Positions 48,791 through 56,945 of a stretch of 64,000 nucleotides of DNA are shown here, in pieces. This DNA is from a candidate division WOR-3 bacterium (lineage in GTDB: Bacteria; Hydrothermota; Hydrothermia; LBFQ01). The position numbers were made by a program, and so were the translations under genes. The notes under the pieces were generated by a model. It saw only the letters and a list, made by a program, of their open reading frames with translations, ran no database searches and had not been told where the DNA came from. The stretch lies in NCBI GenBank assembly GCA_027050205.1, contig JALUCS010000126.1:1-64000 (forward strand), given 5' to 3'. Every line of letters begins with the position of its first letter. The first letter of the stretch is position 1.

Positions 48791-49929
48791 CAATCGTGTT
48801 CCTCCTCGGGGTTATGCTCAATCTCGTACTCGCCCTCCTCTAGGCCCTTCTTGTGGCGGAGCTTCTTGAGGATCTTGGGGAGGTTGGTGTACTCCATGCT
48901 CTCCTCGGGGAGCCTGTGAGGCTCAAAGATGCCGTGCCTCCTCATTATGTTCGCGAGGTGGTTGGCCTCCTCACGGGCGTAGTCAAAGGCGGGGTCGTCA
49001 AAGAGGTCCCTGGGGCCTACGAGCTTGCCGTTGGCCAGCTGGAAGCCGGCGGCTATCACCCTCGGAGGGCCGTCAAACCGGGAGGGGTTGGCGTGGCTGA
49101 AGGGTACGGGCATAAGCGGCCCCATATGGCTACCCCTCATCCATCCCTCAACGAAGAAGGGACGGGCGAAAGGCTCTAGGATCTCACCGACGGCGGGGAA
49201 GCCGCTCTGCGCCCTCACTACTAAGACGGGGTCGTCCTTACCGACGTACTTGCCGGCTATGAGGGAGAGCTTCTGCGTAGAGGCCACGGCGGCTATCTCA
49301 CCGTCCTTGCGGCGATAGACGGCCTTGACGGTGTACCTCTCTATGCCGCTGATGAGGGCGAGGAGGTCGTAGGTCTCCTCCGGGCAGTCTACGGCGTACT
49401 CCTCACCGGTCTTTACGTCAAGGACTATGAAGCGGAACCCCTCGTGCATTGAGGGGTCTATCACCAGGCCGGCCGTGTTCTGGGGGTTGGCAAACATCTC
49501 GTAGAGGGGGAGGTTCCAGGCGGAGGGGGAGGTCTTGTCGGCCATGAAGACTATAACAGGCTCGGAGGGCCTCTCCACGAACTCCATCTCCGCCACGCCG
49601 GGACCCATACCCTTCACGTTCCCGCTGAAGGCGTCCGAGAGGAGGTCCTGACCGGCGCCGTAGAGCTTGAGCTCCTTCGCCTTCTCCGTAGCCTTCAAAA
49701 AGGCCTCCCAGGCCAGACGGTGGATGTCCTCGTTATCCACACCCTTGGTGTGGGTCATTATGAGGTTGATGTCGTCCCCTACCCTAAGGACGGCGTAGTC
49801 TATGAGGAGACCGGAGGTCTTCGCCTCCTCAAGTACCTGGGATGCGGCGTCCATGAGGGCGGGATGGGTGCTGGAGTGTCCAACGTACCCACCGACGTCG
49901 GCCTTTATTACCGAAAGGGTCACCTTCAT
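48790..49929 (-). CDS. fbp: Bifunctional fructose-1,6-bisphosphate aldolase/phosphatase (class V)
   Basis: SVIKADVGG..GH, YGAGQDLL.DAFSGNVKGMGPG, YVGKDDP, GWMRGSH, RFDGPPR; start reset to ATG 49929. Confidence 0.96.
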   Translation of the reverse strand: MKVTLSVIKADVGGYVGHSSTHPALMDAASQVLEEAKTSGLLIDYAVLRVGDDINLIMTHTKGVDNEDIHRLAWEAFLKATEKAKELKLYGAGQDLLSDAFSGNVKGMGPGVAEMEFVERPSEPVIVFMADKTSPSAWNLPLYEMFANPQNTAGLVIDPSMHEGFRFIVLDVKTGEEYAVDCPEETYDLLALISGIERYTVKAVYRRKDGEIAAVASTQKLSLIAGKYVGKDDPVLVVRAQSGFPAVGEILEPFARPFFVEGWMRGSHMGPLMPVPFSHANPSRFDGPPRVIAAGFQLANGKLVGPRDLFDDPAFDYAREEANHLANIMRRHGIFEPHRLPEESMEYTNLPKILKKLRHKKGLEEGEYEIEHNPEEEHD

Positions 49930-49999
49930 AGGACGGTATTTTAAAGGGGTAATCGCCCCCTTCCCGGAGTTGGACGGCTTCGGGCGTATAATATCGGAA

Positions 50000-50599
50000 A
50001 TGTTCCCCAAGAGGGTTATCTCGCTCTCTATCCTGATAGTGATAGGCGTCTCGCCGCTGTGGGGACGAGGTAGGAGCCTGTGGATGGAGGTCGGAGGGGG
50101 GCCTTGGCTCCCTATGTTCGGCACCTTCAAGAGCGACCACGACCCCGGCCTCCAGGGGCGCATCCGCATCGGGTACGACGGCCGCTTCACCGTACCCCAA
50201 GCCCTCCAAACTTGGTTTCCTCCCCTCGCCCTGTTCAAGGACGCCTATCCCTTCGCCGAGGTCTATCACTCCTTCAACAGGTTGAAGACGGGGACCTCCG
50301 GAAACCTCCTGTTCTTCGGGGCCGGAGGTAGGGTCCTAAAGAACGCTGGGAGCTTCGGGTACGGCGGACAGATGTCCCTCGGTTTCCTCTACCTTTACTC
50401 CTCCAAGAGCTACCAACCCGCCGGTATCCTCGGTATTTACGGGAGGTGGGACCTGCGAAGTTTCTACCTCTACGCCGAATACTCCCTGGAGACGTCCGTT
50501 GACCTGAGGTCCTCCTACTCCGTAGATACCTCCCTCTCCTTCCTCCAGAGGACGGCCGGGTGGCACGAGGCGGGGGTGGGGATAGGGATGAGGTGGTAG
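50000..50599 (+). CDS. Probable outer-membrane beta-barrel protein
   Basis: Signal-like N-terminus MFPKRVISLSIL; alternating strands; terminal GIGMRW; TATAAT 7 nt before ATG 50000. Confidence 0.55.
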   Translation: MFPKRVISLSILIVIGVSPLWGRGRSLWMEVGGGPWLPMFGTFKSDHDPGLQGRIRIGYDGRFTVPQALQTWFPPLALFKDAYPFAEVYHSFNRLKTGTSGNLLFFGAGGRVLKNAGSFGYGGQMSLGFLYLYSSKSYQPAGILGIYGRWDLRSFYLYAEYSLETSVDLRSSYSVDTSLSFLQRTAGWHEAGVGIGMRW

Positions 50600-50602
50600 C
50601 CC

Positions 50603-52615
50603 TCAAAGGTTCCCGTAGGCCGCCTTCAGAATCTCCAACAGGAGCCTCCCCTTCCCCTCCCTTAAGGCGCGGTCTATGACCTCCTCACCCTTCAAGGCAG
50701 AGAGGAGCATGACCTCAAACGGAATCTCCCTCTCCTCATCGTCCTCCTCCTCTACCGCCATCTCCTCCAGGAGGCCGAGTTCTTCAAGGATGCCCTCCGG
50801 GCCCACGTTCTCCTCCGAAAGGCGGTCCAGGGCGTACGCCCATCCCCGTATCGCCCCCGTCATCAGTAGGTTGTATAAGTATTCCGAAAAGGACCACAGG
50901 GGCCTGATCACCTTCTCCCCCTTCCTCCATATCACCATCGGGTAGGTCTCATCGTCCACGTCCAACCGCACGAGGGCGACCTCGTCCTCAAAGGGGGAGT
51001 CAAAAACCCTCATCTTCCGATAACCTCTGGGTTTCCTCCCGAAGTCGGGGACGTCCCCCTCCTCTCCCACCAGGGCCTCAACGGGCAGTATCCGGGAGGA
51101 CCCCACCCTGCCTATCCCCTCTATCCCATAGGAGAAGGTCAGGCCGTTGCACACCCTGTAGAAGTCCATCAGGTAGTCCGGGAGACTTACACCGAACCTC
51201 TCCTCCGCCTCCCTCGCCATCTCCCTCAACCTGTCCTCGGAAACGGGAGGGTTCACCTCAAGCCTTACGTCTATCCCGTCGGATACGTCCTTCAGCCTCC
51301 GGGCGAGGTCCTTGAGCCTTACGAGGAAGCCCAGGGCGTAGTCGCCGTAGTAGTGAAAGACGGCACCCTTCGTTATGAAGTTGCGTCTGGTTGCGAGGAT
51401 GACGTCGCTCCTTTTCATAAACTGCGCCCCGGTGAAGTCGGCATCTCCCTTGAAGCGGGTTTCCTCTATCTCAAGGTGTCCCTTAAAAATGGCTCCTCTG
51501 AAGGACACGTGGGAGAGGAACTTGCTGTATCTCAGAGCCGCCCACTCCCCTTCGCACACGCACCCGTCAAACGTCGCCAACCCCTTGAAGGTGGAGTTGC
51601 TTATCTCCAGATTCCTTATACGGGAGCCGGACAGGTCAAAGATGCCGCCAACCTTGAGCCTGAAGAGGTGCAGGTGGTGGGAGAAGTGCGCCCCACGGAT
51701 GAGTACGTCCGAGCCGAAGGTGGCCTCATCAAAGCCGGAGTACAACCGTATGGACGCCCCGTCAAGGCGGAAGGGTCCCCGGAAGGAGGCTTCGTCCATG
51801 TTGAGGTTGGTTCTTACGTCTATACCGGATAGGTCCGCTTCGGCCCGGAACTCGGCTTCGGTGAAATCGCCCACATTAAAGGTGGCACGGACGAAGTCCG
51901 CCCTACCCAAGAACTTCGTCCCCATAAAGAGACCCCTCTCTTTAAAGACGCTCTCCCGGAAGGAGACCCCTCCCTCAAAGACGACCTGCGAGAAGTCCGC
52001 CCTCGTGAGGAAGCGGGTACGCCTGAAGGAGGCGAAACCGGAGAAGGTACTCTCCTCAAAGTAGGCGAGGTCGTGGAACACCACGTCGTCAAATATCGCC
52101 CTGCCCAGAAACTTGACCTGCGAAGTGTGGAGCCACGTCCGGAAGGTAGCCCCCTCAAAGATAACGCTCCCGTTGAAGACCGTCTCCTCCCCCTCCTCCC
52201 AGAATGGGATACCCGTACTGCTCTTGGGGAAGTCAAAGCCGGAGAAATCGTATGCCCTACCGAGGAGTATCCCCCACCGTTCCTCGTACCTGTTCGCCCA
52301 GAAGGGGAGGTTGAGGTACTCCCTAAGTGGTCTCCAGAACTCCCTGTCGCTGAACTCCTTGTCCCATATATCGGCCTCCTTGGACGTGTGGAAGACGCAC
52401 TTGCCCCTCTCCGAGGGCGGTATGGCTTCCAGCTCCTCCCTCCCAGCCCACGCGAAGCCGATGGCGTCCCTAAGGCACCCCATGACGGAGCAGATGGACG
52501 AGTCAAGGCCGTAGTCCCTGGCGACTTCCCACGCCTCCGGGTTCTCCCGTACGTTCCTGGCGTGGTGGTCGTACCGGTACTTCCTCCAGGTCCTCTCGTT
52601 GAAGATCAGTCGCAT
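50603..52615 (-). CDS. Pentapeptide-repeat protein with C-terminal SMI1/KNR4 domain
   Basis: More than 20 F...A.F repeats; E...GV.LP..L.DFY..CNG SMI1/KNR4 signature; N-terminal C...C...C.FH. Confidence 0.8.
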   Translation of the reverse strand: MRLIFNERTWRKYRYDHHARNVRENPEAWEVARDYGLDSSICSVMGCLRDAIGFAWAGREELEAIPPSERGKCVFHTSKEADIWDKEFSDREFWRPLREYLNLPFWANRYEERWGILLGRAYDFSGFDFPKSSTGIPFWEEGEETVFNGSVIFEGATFRTWLHTSQVKFLGRAIFDDVVFHDLAYFEESTFSGFASFRRTRFLTRADFSQVVFEGGVSFRESVFKERGLFMGTKFLGRADFVRATFNVGDFTEAEFRAEADLSGIDVRTNLNMDEASFRGPFRLDGASIRLYSGFDEATFGSDVLIRGAHFSHHLHLFRLKVGGIFDLSGSRIRNLEISNSTFKGLATFDGCVCEGEWAALRYSKFLSHVSFRGAIFKGHLEIEETRFKGDADFTGAQFMKRSDVILATRRNFITKGAVFHYYGDYALGFLVRLKDLARRLKDVSDGIDVRLEVNPPVSEDRLREMAREAEERFGVSLPDYLMDFYRVCNGLTFSYGIEGIGRVGSSRILPVEALVGEEGDVPDFGRKPRGYRKMRVFDSPFEDEVALVRLDVDDETYPMVIWRKGEKVIRPLWSFSEYLYNLLMTGAIRGWAYALDRLSEENVGPEGILEELGLLEEMAVEEEDDEEREIPFEVMLLSALKGEEVIDRALREGKGRLLLEILKAAYGNL

Positions 52616-52661
52616 AGTGGGATTGTAAGGGGGCTTCGGAGCGAAGCGAGAATGCGGACCC

Positions 52662-52687
52662 TATTGCTCCGCTATAATAGAGCAATT
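52662..52687. repeat. 26-bp palindromic motif copy
   Basis: tattgctccg-ctataa-tagagcaatt. Confidence 0.8.
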
Positions 52688-52881
52688 TTTAATTTTAATC
52701 CGTATTACCGAAATAATACCAAAATTCGTACAGAGCCACATAAGGGGTTGGAATCCATTCCGGCAGAAGACTCGGATGCTCCCTATGGCCTTTATTCTGC
52801 ACCAATGACTCCTCCGTTGCACTTCCCTTTGCAACCGGTGGAGGTTTTCAACTTTACCCCCCATAAAATACCCACGATGGG

Positions 52882-53391
52882 ATGAGGTGGCTTCCTATCC
52901 TCCTTCTCCTATCCTCCTGCTCGTTTGCTGTAAGGGGGGATATAGACGGCTCAACCCTCACCTCCCCCGAAGTCATCGGTACCGTCGTCCTCGGTTTTGA
53001 GGCCCCCGGAGGGCATGGGGACGTATCCATCGGCGGGAACCTCTTCAAGGAGCCGCCAAGGGGGTTGAGGGGGACGACGGATGGCCTCCTTTACCTCACC
53101 TACCAGCTCATGCCCTACTCCAAAAGGCTCAAGAGGAGCAACCTTCCCCTATTCTCCCCCGGTTTCTCCGTCGGCTACGCCCACAGGTTGGACACAGGCC
53201 ACAACCTCCTCCTCTCCGGCAACCTTGAGCTTAACTTCCTAAGGTACTACGGCCGGGAGGCCTACGACTTCGGCCTACTTTTCCTAACCGTCAGGTATCA
53301 AACCTTCTTCCCGACGTCCGGTAGGGACATCCGCACGGGTGTGAGCTTTGGGTTCGGCTTCAGGGGGGCGTGGTGGTCCGCTCCGTGGTGA
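52882..53391 (+). CDS. Hypothetical lipoprotein / outer-membrane protein
   Basis: MRWLPILLLLSSC lipobox; beta-strand-like C-terminus. Confidence 0.6.
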   Translation: MRWLPILLLLSSCSFAVRGDIDGSTLTSPEVIGTVVLGFEAPGGHGDVSIGGNLFKEPPRGLRGTTDGLLYLTYQLMPYSKRLKRSNLPLFSPGFSVGYAHRLDTGHNLLLSGNLELNFLRYYGREAYDFGLLFLTVRYQTFFPTSGRDIRTGVSFGFGFRGAWWSAPW

Positions 53392-54602
53392 GGTACCTCC
53401 TCCCCCTACCCCTCCTGTCCTCTTGCGCCTCCTTTAGCCTGGAGATGCCGTACAGGGAGGTGGTTATACTGAATCCGGAGGATGGGGCCATCGTCCCGGA
53501 CACCTTCACCCTATCCATCCTCGCCTATGACAGGGGACCGGTACTCCGTAAGGAGATAGTCTACGGATTTCCGGACGGGCCGGTTGAGAGGGGTAGGTTC
53601 CCCGGATGCTACCGGTTTGAGGCGGTGGTTAAGGTGAATGGGCGTGAGGTGGGAAGGTACGAAGGGTGCGACTCCCTAACGGCGACGGTCAGGGTCAGGG
53701 CGAGGGGGGAGGAGGTAAGGGTGGAGTTGAGGGTGGGAGGAACCGTAAAGGAGGCCACCTACACCGTCGTTGAGCCTTACCCCTACACCTTAACCCCCCT
53801 TTCCCACGTACGGGATACTGCTGGGAGGAGGGCGGAGCCTCCGGTCAGGTACTACGGTAGGGTTCCCTTGGGGGAGAGGGAACTCCTCGTCTCGTGGGAC
53901 GACGGTACTACCGTCCTTTACCTCTGGGGGGATACCCTCAAGGAGGTGCTACGGGGTAAGTGGATGAAGGCGGTGGCCATCGGTGGGAGGGCCTTAGTGG
54001 TCGGTGAGGACGGAAACGGTGGGTTCTACGCCCTCGTCGGTGGGGAGGGCGTCCTGTCCCTCCGTAGGGTGGATGGCCCAACGTACGTAAGCGACGTCCT
54101 GATATGTGGGCGAGGGGTGGCCTACTTCGGCGACGCCGGGGTGATTTGGTTGGACGACGAAGGAAACTTCGGCCTCTCGGAGGTTCCGATGGTACCCTTC
54201 GGTGGGAAGGGGTGCCTGAACGGTTTGCCCTACTTCTCCTTCCTCTCCGACTCTTCCCTCCTCCTCGTCGGGGCGGATACCCGGACCCTCCCCGCACCGG
54301 AAGGGGCGAAGGGGATCCAAGTCTTCTACGGCTACGGGGACACCCTTCTACTCATCTACGGGAACGGCGGCGGGATAAGGGGTAGGATGTGGGACGGTAG
54401 GAGGTGGGTAAGGACGTACGTCCCTTGGAGTCCGTCCTCTGTGGGGTGCTATGGCCCCGCCGTAGCCTGCGTGTGCCTCTGCCCTATAGCCTTCCCCTTG
54501 GTATCTACGGAGGGTAGATGCTCCATCAACGCTCCGGTCTTCGGGGTGGTGGCTGGGGGTGTTAGGGTTGGGGACCGCACCTACTCGGTTAGGTTCAGGT
54601 AG
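53388..54602 (+). CDS. Hypothetical lipoprotein with Ig-like N-terminal domain
   Basis: GTG 53388 overlaps upstream TGA; MRYLLPLPLLSSC lipobox; I..P.DG Ig-like motif. Confidence 0.6.
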   Translation: MRYLLPLPLLSSCASFSLEMPYREVVILNPEDGAIVPDTFTLSILAYDRGPVLRKEIVYGFPDGPVERGRFPGCYRFEAVVKVNGREVGRYEGCDSLTATVRVRARGEEVRVELRVGGTVKEATYTVVEPYPYTLTPLSHVRDTAGRRAEPPVRYYGRVPLGERELLVSWDDGTTVLYLWGDTLKEVLRGKWMKAVAIGGRALVVGEDGNGGFYALVGGEGVLSLRRVDGPTYVSDVLICGRGVAYFGDAGVIWLDDEGNFGLSEVPMVPFGGKGCLNGLPYFSFLSDSSLLLVGADTRTLPAPEGAKGIQVFYGYGDTLLLIYGNGGGIRGRMWDGRRWVRTYVPWSPSSVGCYGPAVACVCLCPIAFPLVSTEGRCSINAPVFGVVAGGVRVGDRTYSVRFR

Positions 54603-55397
54603 ATAGGGTAATACATACCTTATAAGGAACCGGAAATGCCTTGTGCTACGGGTGAAAATGCGACGTCGGAATGTGGCCGGCGATTTTCCAAGCGGCTTAA
54701 GGGGTCGTTAAAGTCGTATCATTTTTGGATACGTTAAAATTTTGATATTCTGCGGACGAGATGCTCCCCACCTCCTATCGGCATAATCTCACTTGGCTGT
54801 CCGTTCAAAATTTACCATAAGGGGACGTTGGACGTCCGGCGAACTATACCCCTATCGGTGTAATCCCCAAATTTTTACGGGGATAACGGGATGAAATTCG
54901 CGGCACATTACATAAGATCAATCAAGGTCCGTTTGTGTGTAAATTTCTACTGTTATATGGGTATAGAATTATAGTCTTTATGATGAAATATGAGGAAACT
55001 GAACATTATCAAAAATATAACCATCAAATTTCTATAAACGGTATAAAGATGCCTGTTTGCTATTCAATTCGCATAGGGTATAGTTTTCCCAACATAAATT
55101 TTCCATTTTGGATTGAGATAAAATTTGGATAATACTTAAAAAATTTCGCAAAAATTACAAAAATACATAATTACTCGTAATAAGTCATTAAAATCCTGCA
55201 AGTTTTAAATTGAAGGCAGTTAAGGATAGAGGCGTGCGTAAAAATCACAGTACCGTTATTCCCGTTTGACGAGACCGTATAGAAGCTGTCATCCCACAGT
55301 ATAACTCTTAAGGAAAATCCCTCCACCTATTCCAAAAACGACTAAAACCTAAAGAGCGCCCCAAAAGGGCAATGACGGACAGGTTCCTATGCCCGCC

Positions 55398-56258
55398 TCA
55401 CATTATGGTACCCTTCAGTGCTTCGCTGCACTCCGGCGGAGGGTCTTCCGGTAGTCGCTTGGCGATCTCGTGTATGAGGTCTATGATCTGCTGCTTTCTA
55501 CTGGAGGAGACCTGAAGAACCTCCTCCGTCGTGAGCTTGGTTGGGGATATGCCGGCGGCCATGTTGGTGACTATCGTTATGAGGGTGTAGCACATCTCCA
55601 GTTCCCTCGCGAGGAAGGCCTCCGGTACGGCCGTCATGCCTACCAGATCAGCCCCCAAGATCCGAAGCGCCCTGATCTCCGCCGCCGTCTCCAGCCTCGG
55701 CCCCTCCATAGCAGCGTAGGTACCCTTGGGTATCACCTCAAGGCCCGCCTCGGACAGGACCTCAAAGGCCACGTCCCTACCCTGCGGGTCAAACGGCTCC
55801 GTTACGTCTATATGCACCACCTTCTTCTCCTTCAGGGCGTAGTACACCCTGTCTCTTCCCCTGCCCGGATGCTCAAACTCGCCGTCGGGGGTGAACTTGC
55901 CCTCGTAGAAGGTTATCTGGCCGCGGGTGCGGGTCATATCAAGGAGCTGGTCCGGTATGACTATGTCCCCCACCTCAAGGTCGGGGTTTACGGCCCCTAC
56001 GGCCGAGATGGCGAAGATCCGGTCGACCTCCAACAGCCTGAACCCCCATATGTTGGCACGGTAGGGTATGCGGTGGGGGGGAATGTCGTGGTTCTTGCCA
56101 TGGCGGGCGAGGAAGACGAACTCAAAGCCGTCCTTCCCGGCGATTATGTAGTCGGCCGAAGGCTCCCCCCAAGGGGTCTTCCGTATGTGCCGCCTGTCAA
56201 GGATATCGTACCCCTCAATGTTGTAGAACCCGGAACCGCCTATAACTCCTATACGCAT
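55398..56258 (-). CDS. mtnP: 5'-methylthioadenosine/inosine phosphorylase (MTAP family)
   Basis: IGVIGGSG, TPWG.PS, LARHG..H.IPPH, EGPRLET.AE, VGMT..PE..LAREL; start reset to ATG 56258. Confidence 0.92.
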   Translation of the reverse strand: MRIGVIGGSGFYNIEGYDILDRRHIRKTPWGEPSADYIIAGKDGFEFVFLARHGKNHDIPPHRIPYRANIWGFRLLEVDRIFAISAVGAVNPDLEVGDIVIPDQLLDMTRTRGQITFYEGKFTPDGEFEHPGRGRDRVYYALKEKKVVHIDVTEPFDPQGRDVAFEVLSEAGLEVIPKGTYAAMEGPRLETAAEIRALRILGADLVGMTAVPEAFLARELEMCYTLITIVTNMAAGISPTKLTTEEVLQVSSSRKQQIIDLIHEIAKRLPEDPPPECSEALKGTIM

Positions 56259-56315
56259 AGGGGGGATTCTAAAGGGGCGATTTACCCCGTAGCGTTCTGC
56301 AGTAGAATACCGACT

Positions 56316-56945
56316 ATGCAGAGGGTCAGTCCTACCCGTATGAACCTCCTCATCCGTAAGAGGCAGATGAAGATAGCCAGACAGGGGGCGGACCTCCTCC
56401 GTAAGAAGAGGGACGCCCTGATGAAGGAGTTCCAGAAGATGCTGAAACCTATAGTGCAGGCCCACAGGGAGCTTGACCGCACGGCCCGTGAGGCCGTAGC
56501 CTTCCTATCCTTGGCCCTCGGTAAGGATGGCCCGGAGGCAGTCAGGTCGGCCGCCCTCTCCAGCGCCGGGAGGCTGAAGGTGTATAAGGAGGAGGAGAAG
56601 GTCTGGGGTGTCAGGATCCCCAACCTCAAGGCGGAGGGGGTTGTAAGGAGGAGTAAAGAGAGGGGATACACCCTCCTAAGCGTGAGCGCCCGCATTGAGC
56701 TGACGGCAGCCGCCTACGAGAGGCTTATGGCCAAGATCTTTGAGTTGGTGCCGCTTGAGGCCAAGATGAAGAGGATCGGACAGGAGATAAGGAAGACGTC
56801 GCGGAGGGTGAACACCCTTGAGCAGAGGGTCATACCCCAGCTTCAGGCCGAGATGAGGTTCATCCGTCAGGTCCTTGAGGACAGGGAGAGGGAGGACAAG
56901 TTCCGTCTGAAGAGGCTCAAGGCCAAGAAAGAGAAGAGAGGTTAG
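56316..56945 (+). CDS. atpD: V/A-type ATP synthase subunit D
   Basis: PTRMNL, G..LL..KRDAL, EI.KT.RRVN.LE..IP, LE.RERE..FRLK; start reset to ATG 56316. Confidence 0.95.
   Translation: MQRVSPTRMNLLIRKRQMKIARQGADLLRKKRDALMKEFQKMLKPIVQAHRELDRTAREAVAFLSLALGKDGPEAVRSAALSSAGRLKVYKEEEKVWGVRIPNLKAEGVVRRSKERGYTLLSVSARIELTAAAYERLMAKIFELVPLEAKMKRIGQEIRKTSRRVNTLEQRVIPQLQAEMRFIRQVLEDREREDKFRLKRLKAKKEKRG

Noticed and set aside
38146..49741. Perfect DnaA boxes TTATCCACA at 38146, 38827 and 49733 suggesting oriC
   Set aside because: Two belong to the 43-bp repeat (GTG GAT AAG codons) and one is inside fbp; no cluster, no dnaA, and dif/KOPS indicate the terminus
10769..52687. 26-bp palindromes as parS, CRISPR repeats, attC sites or MITE ends
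   Set aside because: The TGTTCC...GGAACA halves are 8 bp apart rather than 4 as in parS; copies are dispersed, degenerate and often intragenic, with no regular spacers, cas genes, integrase or target duplications
54935..55132. 65-aa ORF in the AT-rich gap (also 17243-17467, 40960-41178, 41024-41290)
   Set aside because: Short, atypical codon usage, no motif and no convincing initiation signal
55470..56465. Long N-terminal extensions on V-ATPase D and MTAP (also ppdK, fbp, S8 peptidase, cytochrome c, 49802 ORF)
   Set aside because: Extensions overlap opposite-strand genes or the tRNA; family N-termini and TANAAT boxes point to downstream starts
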